Assembly (NCBI GenBank): GCA_054772095.1
Contig: BAAGAE010000030.1
Location: 87,335 to 151,334 of the forward strand
Direction of reading: 5' to 3'
DNA: 64,000 bases
DNA from: Chamberlinius hualienensis
Taxonomy: Eukaryota
Shown: positions 29,110 to 43,754 of the stretch, piece by piece
How positions within the stretch are numbered: the first letter of the stretch is position 1
Layout of the letters: each line of letters starts with the position of its first letter
Translations under genes and position numbers: made by a program
Notes under the pieces: generated by a model
The model's input: only the letters and a program-made list of their open reading frames with translations
What the model was told of the DNA's origin: nothing
Database searches by the model: none

Positions 29110-30150
29110 CAGAGTGTTCGAAAAGGTCAAGTCAAAATGTAAGGTTGTCTTAGGACTTAGAAAATGTAACAAATCTGACATTTAGCATGCACCATTGATA
29201 TTGTAGCAGAGACGATGTAGTCAAAATGTAAACCAAAAAAATGAAAATGAATGTTTTATTTTTATAGATTGCCGTATAAGTTATATACTGTATATATAGA
29301 TTATAGTGATGTATTTATTATAGATGTCACGATATAGATTAGAAAATTTTCATTTTCTGGATTGCCATAGGTCGTTTGCTGTTTTTTTTTTTACATTCTA
29401 CGTTTTCGGTTACAGGCTGAGGTGGCGCAAACTATTAACACAACTAAAATGTACTATGCACGTGTCCGATGTGTAATTGTTTGAAATTAATGTGAGATTA
29501 AAAGATTTATAGTAGTTGTGTGTTTTTTTTTAATTTACATAACAGCACCGCCTAAAACTTTAATTTTGCAAAGTATTTGAAACCTCTGCCTTCGAGGTAT
29601 CTACCTTTAGTATCTTTTTAAAAATTAGTTAGAAAGAAAACCTGGAAATTGTTTTAATAGATTAGAAGAAATAATAAGTTTTTGGGAAAATTTTAAGAAT
29701 TTACTTTATTGAAGATCATATGTTTTCAAGATAAACTTTTTTTAATTTGTAACTTATGCGGTTTACTCAGTTTTGGTGGTGTCTAAATATATGGAACCAA
29801 GCTAATTGTGAACAAAAAAAAAACCATTTTAGATGATAGATTTATTTATATTTTTCTAGATCTGTAAAGGAAATCGTTTTTCTGAGAATTATTAAAATCG
29901 TTAGAGATGTATTGAAATTCTTTTCGAGACTCTATGAAAAAAAAAATTGATCGTGGGAGCAACACGGGGTCTGACATTTTGATCACCATATAGAGCGATC
30001 ACTAAATTGAGGTTCTACTATGCTGTAAAACCCCTGAAGAGTCTGATGGATGGTTCGGATATCATCGGTTCATAATGGACGTCGAATGGGTTTGAATTTC
30101 TACTCCGTATGACCGTCGTAAATGTTTTGTTGGCCTTTCCGAACACCCTG
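29110..30150. mobile_element. Non-autonomous Tc1/mariner-type DNA transposon (1041 bp) with roughly 22-bp terminal inverted repeats CAGRGTGTTCGRAAAGGYCAA and TA target-site duplications
   Basis: The left end reads TA|CAGAGTGTTCGAAAAGGTCAAG at 29108. The right end reads GGCCTTTCCGAACACCCTG|TA, ending at 30152. The two termini match at about 19 of 22 positions. No long ORF lies inside. Confidence 0.65.
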
Positions 30151-33100
30151 TATGTGGATTTGTTTTCATTTATTTATTTTTCTTTGGTATCGTGTGTGCA
30201 TGGAGACCGCTGCAGTGTCCCCATGACATTTTATATTTTCTTATCTAAATGTTTCTGTTTACTACCAACCGCGAAATAAAAATAATTCAAAGATGAGATA
30301 TTTTTTTTTTCTTCTTTCTCTCTCTTTTCTTTCTTGTTTTGCCGTTTGTTGTTGTTTTTTCTTTCAATTTATTATTTTCTTTTTGCTGTTGTTGGTCTTA
30401 TGTCGTGTGGGACTTTTAAGGATATATTCTACTATGTTGGTCGCCGCATTGGCTTTAAAAAATACACGAGGAAAAAAAATCGAAAAGTAGTTGGTTTGGG
30501 CAAGATAGAATTTTATTTATCCTGTTGACGATTGCAAGATGGGGAGATTTTTTTTATTCCTTGGAGAGCTATATTTTTGTTGCAATGTCTTGACAGAATG
30601 AATAACAGAAAATACGCAAACAGATTGACTACCCATACCGTAGAAAAGTAGAAAGGGACAGTGATTTTACATTTCATTTCCACTCGTAAACCGAGATATT
30701 GCTATTGGATTGAGATTTTTTTAATAAGATCGACTAACCAATGTTTTTCTATCGTTTGAGGATGCTATTAAAGTAATTACTGTCTATATAAGTCGATCTC
30801 AAGAATTGAAAGGCACCGTATTAACGATTAGTGGAAACCGAATTTGACAGCCATGTTATTATTAACTCAGATAAGTTTTAATGATATATCATTTTTGGTA
30901 ACAATCTTATAATAACATGCTATCAAATATTTGCTTACAACTGCAATTGGAAACATGACTGGTTGAGTTGTACTGCATTTTGATTAGTGATGGCTAAGTA
31001 TTGACTGTAAATAAAATTGAGTTGTTGACTGTATTTGAAGTTAACTGCTCTGCAAATTTTGTTCGGTTCTTCACTTAGCAGTTCTGGAATGAATGCATAG
31101 TTCTTCTGCATCTTTTTGGCAGGGACGCACAAGGCGCTTATCGTTTACCGCTAAAGTCGCTATAACCTTATAGCAGCAAAAAATCAGAATTCGTTATATT
31201 TACTTGCTTCTAATAATAACTATAGGAGGAAACTATAAACCAGAAATCTGCTATAATTCTCTATTTATTTACAGTATGTATTTGTCATCAAACTAAACAA
31301 ATGTTATTCAATCCGTGAATTTTCTGCTGAACTTACAGTGGTGAAAGTTCACGAGTCAACGTGTGCTGAAAAGTACTTGGGTATATTTAACAGTAAAAAA
31401 AATAACACTGCGGTAATTTTATTAGGAAACCAAAGAATTTCATCGTCAATTTAAAAAAAAAAGCAATCAAACTCTTAAAGATTGGTTTTTAAATTTATTA
31501 TTAGATTAGGCGTTCTCACGAAATATCTTAGATTGAGTGTAAAGTATACTCGATTATTTATTTGTAACCACATTTTGCGCTTTGACAAGTGGCCCATTTT
31601 CAATTACATTTTTATTACTTAAAGTGAAATTGTACTAAGTGCTCAATTACAGCTTCATTTCACATTGAACAGTCCTTTTTGAAATTTCAACTTGGAAAGC
31701 GTTAAAATATAGTCATTATTAACTTTTTAGCACTATATTATTGAGTGACATTATGTTTTTAATTATTTAAATTTTGCTTACTTATTATTTTGCCATATGC
31801 TGCGAATGGCAGCTGTAAACGTAGCTCATTTTTGCTGATTTTTTAGTTTTTTTAATTTTCGATTGTTAGGTTTTTGTTACTTTGAATTATAAATGTTCTC
31901 AAAAGTTATTCCCCCTTTAAAAAATGCTACTGTATGATTTTTTATGTCTACGATTTTAGCATGTAAGCTTTTATTTTTTGACTTATTATTCGCCATCTAG
32001 TGGTGATGATGTTTTGATAGTGGGATATAGTTGTGTTTTCATTAGTGTACGCATCCCTTAAATCACGTGAGTGACTTGTATTGATTAATATAGTAGCTCA
32101 CTTATTTGCCTTCAGCGCTTTTCCATCATTTTGATTAGTCAACTTTTTGGCTTGTTTACTTGCCTTTTTAATTTTTTTTCCCGGCATTTTTTTAGTGCTG
32201 GCTAATAAAAGCTTTTTCGAGATTTGCGAAATTAAACCTTCAAGATCAAATGTCAGATTATTTTCACCGCCTAACATTTTCACTTGTCATTTTTTAATGT
32301 AAAACCAACTTATTCCCCCTTTTTTATATTTTTTTAAGTCTACTTATGAATAAATAACTCGGTTGGGGAATTGCAATATGAAAGAAGGGAATATTAACTT
32401 TAAAAGGATTTTTTTTGTGGAGAAGAGAGAGAGAGATAAGAGATTTACAATACAAGATTTAACTGAAGATTCAGGTTTTTTATGTTTTACGTTTGAGACG
32501 CCGTAATAGATGCTGTTTTTTTTTTGCGTTGTGAAGTGATGTAACACTTGTTAAACATTAGTGGTGGGCGTGGCTTATCGTTTGACCCCTATAACCGGCA
32601 GTGTACTTAGTCGACAGTAGGTGTGACTCTCAGTAGGACAACAACCCTTTTTAGTCCTCTTGTTTTTATCTCAAGTGTGCCAGCTAATTGTCACAAATAA
32701 CGTCAAGTGCAGCTCAAGTGACGACAACTGCAGCAATGTGCAATACCCTGGCTTGATTTCTTTAAAAAAAAAAAACAAACGTGCAATTCGTTTTTCTGGA
32801 CGACTTTCCAGTGGTTGCCTAGAGACACTTTGCTTTACCTCGCGCCATTAACAATAAATTTTCGAAAACGAGCCGGCGTCACATTCCAGCCGGCGTAAAG
32901 TGGCTAAACAAATTTATATTTTATTATCAACTTAGAATGCAAAAAAAGAATAATTTAATTAACTTAATTATCGTTATAATAAATTTAAATATTTTAAATC
33001 AATATCGGTGTGATGATGTTAAACACAATTTTCGAATACTGCCAAGTAAAAATGACACAAAATATAGGGGAAAAAATTGATTTATACTTTTCAATTAATC

Positions 33101-34990
33101 ATTTATTTCACCATCTCTTTTACCTTTCAATTTCGTGTTTAAACTTCTCATGACTAATACGACCGATTTTTGTTTTAATTTGTGAAATAAATCTAAAAAA
33201 AAACACATTCTACGCATCCCTCCGCCCTTCCAGAAAAACTGTCTTTAATTTATTTATTTTTCTGTCAACATTGACATCACGCGTGCGTCATTATGTTGTA
33301 TTTTTCTGATGTGAAGTTGCTGAATTTAATCCTTCAGATTTTTGTCACACTGCGTAAAAGTATTATTTTACGGTTGACAGAAACTTAAAGAGCAGAGCCA
33401 GTCGTTTGTAAGAAAGCCGTGATGGGACCATCAATTGAATTCTGTCTCTCTCACCTCACCCTTTCCATCTCAATTTTTTTCTCTTCTTTCTTTTCTTAAC
33501 GTCTGCTAATAAATTATAAAAGTAAATATTTCAAATTGTTTAGCTACTGAATTTCAAAGATGACGCTTTCTATTGTTTATTTTATATCCTTTTTTTTTCT
33601 CATCCATTTGCGTTGTCGTCTCGTTTCTGTCCCACACACAAAAAAATACATTTTTTTTTCTGCTTCAATTATTTGATGACGATGTCGTTGTTTGTTTATT
33701 TTTATGCGTCCCCAAACTATCTTTTGCGCATGCGCGAGCAAGCCATTTCATTTTGACTCGAGCACACAGCGCATCTTACCAAAAAGATCCAATTTCTTTT
33801 ATTTTTTAATATAATAAGAAAATGAAACTATGAATTAAAGATGGCTGCGTAGAGGGATTTGAAATTTAATTAGGTTTGGGAGACATTGAATAGATCGAAT
33901 TCTACATTTGCAACTTCTTTTTTTTATTGTTGACTTCTTATATGATAAAGTAAATAAAAAAAAATGAAAGAATTTTTGCTTTTTTTTTTTTACTTTGATC
34001 AACTTAAGAAGCCGGCGTTTCAATGGATTAAATTTTTTTTATTTTTCTGGTTACTACACTTAATTTAAAATCAAAATGTCGATCGTTTTTATTATATATT
34101 TTTTATATAAAAATTACTGTGCTATGTTATACAATAACGGAAGCGTCGTTTTGCATCCGTTTCCGCTTGTTGATGCTGCGTGTAGCAGACAAAGTGAGAA
34201 GGAAAAAGCGGAAGTGGTGAGTTTGAACGATGGCTTCCAAATGGAATTATTTTTCCCGCATTTCCCTCCTCTTCTTCAAGTAATGTTTTGACGATGATTG
34301 GGTACTTTTGGTCGACAACGGAAGTGAAAGAAGTCGACGTCAGACGCCATTTTTCAACGCGATTTCCCGCTTATTTTCTTTTCTTTAGTTTTTTTTTTCC
34401 AACTTTTTCTTTACAAACCCACTTTTTCTCCCACCAGTTTCTCTATTATTATTATTCCTCTCATCTCATTCGGTTGCCATGGCGACGTTGCTTTTGTTCA
34501 GGGTTTTTCATCCACCCTCAACCTAATTTGAAAAGTTCTCTATCCTTATCACCCACCACCACCATCACTTAACCCAAACCCATAAGCTCTCTCCCTAGCT
34601 CTTCACTCTTTCAACCCAACACACACAAACACATTTGACTCAAACTTTTCCCGCCTTTAAAAAAATATTTTTTTTTTTGAAAAGCGTCTTAATTTGATGC
34701 TTAAAAGAAAAGGGAAAAAATGTTCCACTACTTCAAAAGCCCCATTCTCATGTTGACGATCTTGTTTTCCTATTTTTTTAATCATTAAAAAAAAAAACTA
34801 AGACGCCATCTCTTATATTTGGCGGGAAATCAATTTCTCACTTTCACACAGTCAACGTCTTTCTACCTATTTATCTTGCACTTTTCAATCCTTTCCCCCA
34901 TCCACTTTTTTATCTTCAGACCTGAATATAAGGATTTCAGGAGAAGGAGTGTGAGGAGGAAAAGCACTTCATTAAATCGAAAGTGGTTTT

Positions 34991-34992
<2 letters not shown>

Positions 34993-35023
<31 letters not shown>
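34993..35023. repeat. poly(T) homopolymer, about 31 nt
   Basis: Direct reading. The listed ORF 34819..35025 ends in FFFFFFFFFF. Confidence 0.95.
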
Positions 35024-35024
<1 letters not shown>

Positions 35025-35236
35025 AGTTATTTTTTTCTTCTTCTAAATGTCTGTTTAATTTCCCTTAGATAGAGGTCGCTGCAATAACAAAACTTTTTTA
35101 TTATTATTTTGCTTGGGGAAAAAATGTTGCGAACTACAGGGATGTCAACCTTTTTTTTTTTTAATTTTTTTTTTACTAAATAAAATTATTAAAAAATTGA
35201 CATCTTTTTGAAAGCCAGGCAGTTTTATTTGGAGAG

Positions 35237-35244
35237 TGACGTCA
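35237..35244. promoter_or_regulatory. Extended CRE GTGACGTCAC
   Basis: Direct reading. Confidence 0.5.
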
Positions 35245-37582
35245 CATTTATTATTGTTTGCATGAGCTCTTGTGCAGATATGAATTGTAAATATTTATTT
35301 AAAGTTTTCAATCGAATTGAATTGCACTATAGAGCTTTGTGGTAGTTTTCTAAAGAGGTTCAAATATTATAATGAAATAAAAAAATAAATAAAATGTTGA
35401 GATGCATACTTATAAGTACGAGTGCGGCCATTTTTAATGTTTGTAATGTCAATGCAGCGTAGTGAATTGAATTCGATGTATATCGATTATGTTAGAAAAT
35501 GAAAACAATTTAAATAATGCATTTCTCATGTCGACTTTAATGCTGTTTGTTGAAATGTTGCCTAAGCAGTGAGGAAAACTCTTTTGTTGTTTTGTGTTTG
35601 TATACGGCGACACCTAGTTAATGACATGCGCAGTCTCCAGGCAACGATTTACACGAAAAAGGTCACCTTAATAGAACTTGTATTAATATCCACCAGAGGG
35701 CCACAACAACCCAAACATTATAACGGTGCTATTTTTATAATATCAAGTTTCTTAATGGGAAAAAATTTTAATTAATTATATTTATTTTGATATTTCATCA
35801 GGTACTGTTACAGGTTTGTCATTAAAAATCTTTTAACCATTAATTTAATTAATTAGTAATGTGAGTAGTAATTACGTTAAATGGGTAATAGGTTTAGGCT
35901 TTTCTCTCTCTCTATATGTGTGTGTGCGTGTGGGTTGCTGGATTATTTTTCACCGTCTTATGCATTTAAAAAAAAACGCTGGAACTCCTTTTAATATTTA
36001 CGTAGAGAGAGAAATCCGTCGGATTTAATTAACATCGTCGCTAATTAGTTAATAATGAGCGACGCTCCGTTTAATTTCCTTTACAAAAATATCTTTTGAA
36101 AAGTTGACACTAAATTGCAATTAACTCTCAGCAGCAATTCAAACAACACAATTCTTTTCGCGTTTAAGAGATGAGGAGGAAGATGGAAGTGGGGAAGGAT
36201 TCATTTTGAAACTCAAACGCATGCGCAGTGTAATTTTGTTTCATCGATCTAGCATCGATGTCTACAGAAAATTTCAAGAATATTCTCCTCCCACTTTTAC
36301 CGTTGTCTCGCTCGCTCGAGTTAAGATTTGACATTAATTAACTACGGCGCCGTATTTTATGAAAATGGAGAAATTATTTGAAAAAGATGAAAGCGTAAAT
36401 TTTAATTAATTGTTATCGCTTTGAGTTAGTTGTTAAAACGTTAATCTTCTTGTACTCGTGTAAAATGTTTAAGATTGTCGGTGTGCTCTTTATACAAACA
36501 TTCTTAAGGTGTTGAGCTTAGATGTAAAAGAATATTTTTTTAACACGTTATTTTATAATCGTAATAACAACAACGATAAGTGAGAGATTGGGGAAAGAGA
36601 AGAAGGGTGTTAAGCGCTGGGGGTTACGTGTGACGACCTCCCTTCAAAAACTGACATTCCACTTTTCAATACTTTATTGTTCAATTTGATGACCATTTAA
36701 ACAGGGTTGGGGGATGGGTAGAAGGTGGGGAAGGGTATTTCGTTTTGCCTTGTGGCTATTACAAGGAGGTGAGCAAATGGGTGTTTACAAATTTACACAC
36801 TCTCAACACACGGTCGAATTTGAGCCTTGGGAGTCGGTTTTGGGAGGATTAAAAAAAACTGTCTTGATTCATAGTTTACTTAAAATTTATCAAGATTTCA
36901 TATCATTCACCGCCGGTTTTAAGGTTAAAAAAATTTTTTGTTGTTGAAAAAAGAGCTTTAATGAGGGTAATTGGAATACGCAAGGAGACTGTAATGGGAT
37001 TTGCGGATAGAGATTTTTGAGATTTAGACAGCGTGGGAGGGGGATAGGAGGGAGAATTTATTTGTTCAGTGATTATATTTAGTTTAGATTTTTTTTTTGT
37101 TTATTAAACGAGACAGATTTTTGAATACGAATGGGGTATTGCATCTGGTAGTGGTTTTTGAAGAGTGAGTCAGGCAGCTGAGAAAAATAAGGAGGATGTA
37201 TTGATAGAAATGAGGGAGGGAGAGAAGGCGGAACAAAATTCAATTGAAATGGAAATGTATAGGGTTGATGGTGGTTGAAGTGAAACGCCCTCTTGCTTCA
37301 AATTAAATCTCACTCTTTTACCATTATAAAAAGCCTGATATGTTGTAAAAAGGTTTTCAGGGGTAGGTTTTAACGGGTGGTATAGGGTGGAGACTACATA
37401 CGTGTGATGTCAAAGGTTAGTCAAAGGAGGGTCAATAAATTGCCGTGATTATCCCTCTCTCTCTCTCTTTTCCAAATTTAAGAGACGAGAAGTTTATTGT
37501 AATCAATTACAATTGGAGGGAACCGAATTCTCAAATAAAAAAGAACGTTTTTTTTCTTCTTTCTTATTCTATGTATACACAT

Positions 37583-37597
37583 CCGCTAGGTGGCGCG
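37583..37597. promoter_or_regulatory. CTCF-like motif CCGCTAGGTGGCGCG
   Basis: Matches the consensus at about 14 of 15 positions. Confidence 0.45.
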
Positions 37598-39347
37598 ACA
37601 ATATCTTTTGTATCTCGATACCAATTTTTTTTTTTTTTTTGGTCTCTCCATTTGTATAGGACCGATTGATTTCTAAAGGACCACTTTTATCTCTTCACGC
37701 AACTCTTATACACACACAAACGAAAACTAAAAGGGCGGTTTTTCATTTCAAAATGCCTGCCAATCGCCATCTTTCTATCAATTGAAGTATGTGTTGAGAT
37801 AACAAATTTGCCGTTGAATGCTATTTAAAGGTCAAGTTTAGTGCTGGGGAAATGGGAAAGGCGGAAGGGGGGGGGGGTTATTTTCTATGATAGACAAGCC
37901 AAGCCATTAAAATCCATTATTTTTAAAGGCTTAGTGTATTTTTTTATTTTGTCACATGAGAGAGAGAAGGGGGTTAAGATGCTTACAAATGAACATCGTA
38001 AATCTGAGATGTGGAAACATGGCTTAAGCTTGTCTAATAAAACATTAATAAATAGACGGAGAATAAGTTTATATATAGATATAGGACTATGTGTTTTCAG
38101 TGGAGTTTGACATCAAAGATGCGTTTTTTTATGAGTGTGGATGGGAGAGGAGGAGGAGGATGGAAAAAAATGTGATAAAATGGAGCGCTGTTTTTTTTCT
38201 TTCTTTCTATATATATAAATTTCTCTATGGGTATCCTCGTATATATCGGTATATACTGTATGTGGCGTGGGGGGAAGAATTGATGGCATTTCCTTTCGTC
38301 GTTTTCTTTTTCGACATCTTGAAGATAATCGATAAAGTGTGGCATCGTTGTCTTTTGTCCTTTCTCTCTCAGCCTTGTGACCAAAAATGTGACACAGGCG
38401 CTTATATATACGGGTATGTGTGTGTGAAAGAGATAGAAACTTGAGCTTATTTGTAGAGGTGGTGTAAAAAGCTTCCCACTAAGATTATCATCTGATGATA
38501 ATGATGTCGCTTCAGTCACTTTGATGGCGATGATGCTATTATTACGCCCTTAAGAAATCACGTGACTTGTTCTAAGTGGTTTCATCTGTTGTTTTCAATC
38601 GCTGTTAAGGGTTATCCCTGGCTGCGTTTTGGCTTTATATTCGGTATAGTACGAGTTAGTGTGCGATCTAATAATTGAAAGCCACAATGGTTTTACCTCA
38701 TGTCCTACTCATTAATCGGCAATTTTTTTTTGCTGCATTTTCTATGCCATATTAATAGCTAGCATCGAAACCAACTGTGAAAATTATTTGAATAAAATAC
38801 TGCATTTCATTTAGTTATGGGTTAGAATTGGGGAGAGAAAATTTTTCGCTGCTGTATAGATTTAAAGTGAATGCGATTTACATTGTGATTTGCGATTTAA
38901 ATATAAAAAGGTACAAGTAGGGTGAGAGATTGTTATTGGCTTTTGTTGTGGTTTTTGCGGTGAATAAGCCATCTTATTTCGCTCACCTAACGCTACGCGA
39001 AAAGTCTATTGGAAAGTTTGCCATTTGTGAGGTAACTGAAAGCGAGCGTAATAAAAGCCGCTTTACCACCGCTTTCTCTGGGGTCTACGACTGGTAACAC
39101 TGCTTTCCATTGTCAGTTTGATTCTGAAGGTGTTTGTTTATGCCGCGCGACGGTGTTGATTTTTCGTCATGTTGTTGCTATGAGATTACGTTATTTACTC
39201 AATCAATTATTCCGTTAATGCTTATCACCAGTGCTGCTTCTTTTTGAGAAATTATAGCCGTGGATTACTATTAAAACACCACCGAGGATTACTTTGTATT
39301 AACGAGAAGCTTAAAATTCAACTTTTTCGGTGCATCATGCGCCGTCG

Positions 39348-39521
39348 ATGTCGTCGAGCATTTTGGCGGATGACAGTGCATCGTTAACGGCCAGCAGCGC
39401 ATCCTGGTATTCTTCCTTCAACGGTTTAGCTAAAAGCAAAAAAGATTTTAGTGGAATTTCGTATGAAAACGCTTTCGATTCAGATTCCAAACAAAATCGA
39501 ATGCTGTACTTAGTATCAACG
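39348..39521 (+). CDS. Candidate alternative first coding exon (ATG...LYLVST, 58 codons) with a GTAAGA donor. It is in phase with the AUTS2-family exon at 57489, or could belong to a nested gene.
   Basis: This is the only non-low-complexity ORF in the 38-kb intron (listed ORF 39330..39578). It ends exactly at a consensus donor ACG|GTAAGA in phase 0. The sequence upstream (38950..39360) is CpG-enriched relative to its surroundings. Confidence 0.3.
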
Positions 39522-42500
39522 GTAAGAAAACATTTTGTATCTCGCGTTGAAATTTCAACGGTGAGGGATATGTTGTGACGTTAGAAAGGGAAAATTACGG
39601 ATAGCGTTTCGACACCACTGGCACTTTTATTGGTGGGTGTGGCGTAATGACGTCTAGCTCAAGCGGGGTTACCAGCTGCTATTGGGAAAAATCACATAAT
39701 TTGTGCTGTGGCATATAATTAGCCGATCATTTAACTAGCTAACACTTTTAGGAAAAAGCACAAGGTCGTTTATTATTTTCTTTTCACGTCAATACAATTG
39801 CTTTTTTGTGATCTGAACGCAGAGGCTTCTTTTATAGTTAAATAGTAATTATCACATTACCAAAAAAAATCTTTAATCGTCTATTATTAATATAGCAAGT
39901 AATTAACCGCAATAAATTCAAATCATGGTTATTGTATTTGTTATGAATATAGAGTGCGCATGCGTGGTTGAATAAGATGTACTGTAGTTGCCAGTTGTTA
40001 ATTATCTTTGAAGAAGTGAAATTGATGGTGTATTTTTGATCTCTTGACTTAGCGGATAATTAGGTTAAAGGCAATTTTGTTAGTTGGGGTCACAGGAGGG
40101 GGCCTTTCTAGCTCGCATTCACTCAATTGGTGATGGGAGTTGAAAGTATCACGTGATTATGAAGCTGGTAAAATTGATGAAACGCCTCCTTTCTGCTTTT
40201 TTCAACTGTTTACTTTCTCGTTTTCATTTTAGAAACACAAACAAAAAGCTTTAAATGTACTGTGTTTTATATACACCCACCTCTTGTTGTTCTTCTGTAC
40301 ATGTAAATATGGTAGGTGTTTTGGTACGCATGCGGCGTGCTGTGTCAAAACGACGCCATTAACATTCCAACCACATGGTGTCAATTAGCATATAATGATG
40401 GCTTGTTAAAATTACGCCACCCTACTTCAAACTCTCATTTTTCTATTTCAACTTCTTCCATCTCTCCCACAATCTTCCTCCTCCCAGTTATCCATCATCA
40501 TCGTCGTCTGTTCGCCATCTTTAAACGCCAACCAAATATCTCCCTAAGGAACGATTATTTACTTCAGTTTTACCTATATATACTGTATATACATAGACTT
40601 TAAACTCCCTCTCTCACTCAACTTGGTATGTGTGTATATGTAATTTTTTTTGTGGGGAGTATATATATAAATATTTGGAGGAAAAAAAAAGCAAGAGATG
40701 CGAAATAAGGAAAAGCAAATCGTATGCCATTTATATGAAGCGCGAAAATATATAATATGTATGTACATATCGATTTGGCGCCACATTTAGCGTTGAGTGA
40801 CGTAGAAGGGCGTCTGCATACAATCAGTGTTGGCGTCGTCAGTGTCGATTGTGTGTGTAGCATTTATAAAAATAGCCGAACAGCTGTCAACGCTTTACTT
40901 CATTGCCAACATCAACGTTTGTTTGATGGCTAAAATAACTTAAACTCTATTTAGACCTGTTGTTATTGTGTCATCTTTTGGAAAAGCGTATTATATACAT
41001 AACAACAGTTTTTGGTGAGAAAATTAGGTGGTAGAAAATCGATGTTAAAGTTAAGATTTGAGCAAAATGGGTAGATTTGAGAAGTATTGAATAAGATTTA
41101 AGAAGTAGTAAGAAGTATGATTTGATCTACAAGTTTGTGGTTATCGACGATTTTGAGTGGCTACTTTCAAATTGTATTTTTTATTTGATTTTGGCTAAAG
41201 TGATGGATACATTCAAATAACATCTGCCTAAAAATATTTTAAAAAATGAATTTGAAAATATTGAAAAGCTCCTGTCTTTGTTAGGACTTTAAAAACGAAT
41301 TATATTTAGTTGATTTTATCGAATTTTTCCGAATTGCGGAGTTGCTACGACATTTAGGTTTTATGCGAATTATATGATGGAGTTTGTGACTGTAAAGAGA
41401 AACGCGTTACTTTTCAATTAGTTAAATAAATCTTTTTTTTTTAGACGGTTAAAACTATTGCCAATGGTATTTATCGACATCGTTAAATGAAACTATCACG
41501 AAGTGTGAACGTGGCTTATGGAAAGGGCCCTTCGCTTTCTAATTAATTTATCTATCGGCACACATGATGGAATCCTTGCATTATACATCAGGCATGCGCA
41601 TTTAACGCTGAGGGGGATCAGTGTAGCATCATTTAATACATATAGAGGCTCATCTCTGCATGTCTCTCGCCTCTTCTAATTGAACAATTATTCGGTTTCA
41701 ACAGTTAATTACAAGTGTTAATTGAAATCGAGGATTTCCAACATTACCAACACTCCTTTCCATCTCTTCTCCACCCCAATTCATCGCTATTATTTTCCTC
41801 ACATCCCTTCTCACTCGTAGTCATAGCTGCGTCTAATTAATTTTCATCACAGCTTTTGGATGTATATTGTTGAAATTGATAAGTGAACAACGAACGTATT
41901 ATGTATAAATATATCCATCTTATGATGGCGCTGTATTAAGTACCGTAGACAAATTATTTTTTTATATATATTGTTTTTGGGAGTCTTTCCAAGGATGATG
42001 ATGATGGTATATACCGTATATATATATATATAAAAAAGACACGTAAGCCTCCACTTGTATATTAGATGCGTGTTTAATTGCGGTGCTAATTGGTTTCGCG
42101 CCAAGTGGAAAATAAACGCGCCGACAGCCCTCTTATTTTTCAATTTAAGCGCTAAATACATATGAAAGGGGGGGGGGGAAGTGTGGGTGTTTGAGAAGGA
42201 AAAGAAGGGGGTGGAAGAAGATTAATTTCGAGGTAGTCCAAATTAGGGATCAATTTAAAAGCTCTTCTTTACAATATAAAGAGATAGATAGATATGTACG
42301 TGGTGGGAATTAAACGAAAGGTGGCGAGAATCATTATTCTGATGACGTAAAAAAAGGCGGGGTTTAAGCAAATAATTAGCTTTTCTTTTTTTACGATGGG
42401 CGATAAAATCAGACATAAAATGGAAATCTTAAGAAATTTTAAAAAAATTAAGCTTTTTGTTATTATCGGAATTGTTGGTTAAGTAACCTTTTTTTTAAAT

Positions 42501-43746
42501 GTGATATATTGGAGTGTTCTTTTAATGGTATAAATCACAGTCAGTAGTTGCACTTGTTTAATAAATTGTTTAGTGTAAATATATTCTCTGGAGCTCAACT
42601 TTGGTGAAAGCAGGGTGTTTGATAAAATAATCTTCTAGTTTTTGATCCTCTCTCTCTCTTTTTCTTAATCCGTTTTTATTGTGTTGCTTTAGGCAATCCG
42701 ATTTAATCCTCGCAACGCTTTCGGCGGTGCGTCTACCGTTGATAAATGGCCGATAGATGGCGCATTTTCTCAGGAGGGGGATTTGTTGCCATCGTACAAA
42801 TTAGTCGCTTCCGAGGTAGCGCCACAACCGACACTTTTGAAACCATCGAGGGAATTTAGTTTTCGATATTTAATCCGATGTTTTTGAAAAACACAACACC
42901 TCTTCAGCTTAGCAATCTCAAAACACAAACACTATACCTATCACACATCTTTTTAATAGTATTAATAATGTCGGATGGAGACTAAGGGAAAAAAGAAGAT
43001 GATTGACAAAGCGTTTAAACGATCGTTGTCAATGGATCGACCATCTTATTTGACACATTTATACAGCTTCGTTGCATTGCGTTAAAGCGTTTTTTTATTG
43101 CCACTTGTGGTAATGGCGGAGAATATATATATTTTTTTCTTTTAATTTAATTATGAATGCCTTAAGATGTCCGCTTAAAACGATTAAGTGTACGTGTCGA
43201 GGCTGGCTATGATTTTGATTGCGTTATATTATTTATTTACCACTTACCGTCATCATTCACCGCTAGGAGCAGCGTCTTTTTTTAACCGTCACTTTTTGAA
43301 ATATTAATTTTAACCTTAAAATGGCTGCTGTTACTTTTATGCGGTAGAAATGTGCAGCCGTTTAAGTGTTATGTATTGTGTCTCGTAAATAAATGATAAA
43401 TTAATTCGCTGTACAGCAAACGCTTACAACTAATTAATATTTGATCAAGGTGCAACATTAATTATTTATGAATTAATTTGTTAGCCTATTTATCCATCTA
43501 AGCTTCCTTTAACGCACTACTGTTCTGCGAATGTCATTAAAATGTAGTCTTAGATTGAAAACTCATTTTCTTCCATTTAGTTTGACGTAATGTCAATATT
43601 TTTTAAGCAAATTTTTGTGTAAAGTGCCGCGGAAGCTTGATGTCTGTTAGGGATTTATATTTGTCAGCATATAAATCAGTTGCAAGTACATCGAAATCCC
43701 TCTCCTCTCTATCTGTCTATTGTTTCTGACGTTGACAGTTGGCTTG

Positions 43747-43754
43747 TGACGTCA
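43747..43754. promoter_or_regulatory. Extended CRE GTGACGTCAC
   Basis: Direct reading. Confidence 0.5.

Noticed and set aside
38091-38519. Overlapping 117-aa (+) and 140-aa (-) ORFs, the longest ORFs in the intron
   Set aside because: Both translations are low-complexity (poly-F/Y/I/K) and reciprocal. They have no splice-site context and no recognisable domain. They are typical chance ORFs in AT-rich DNA.
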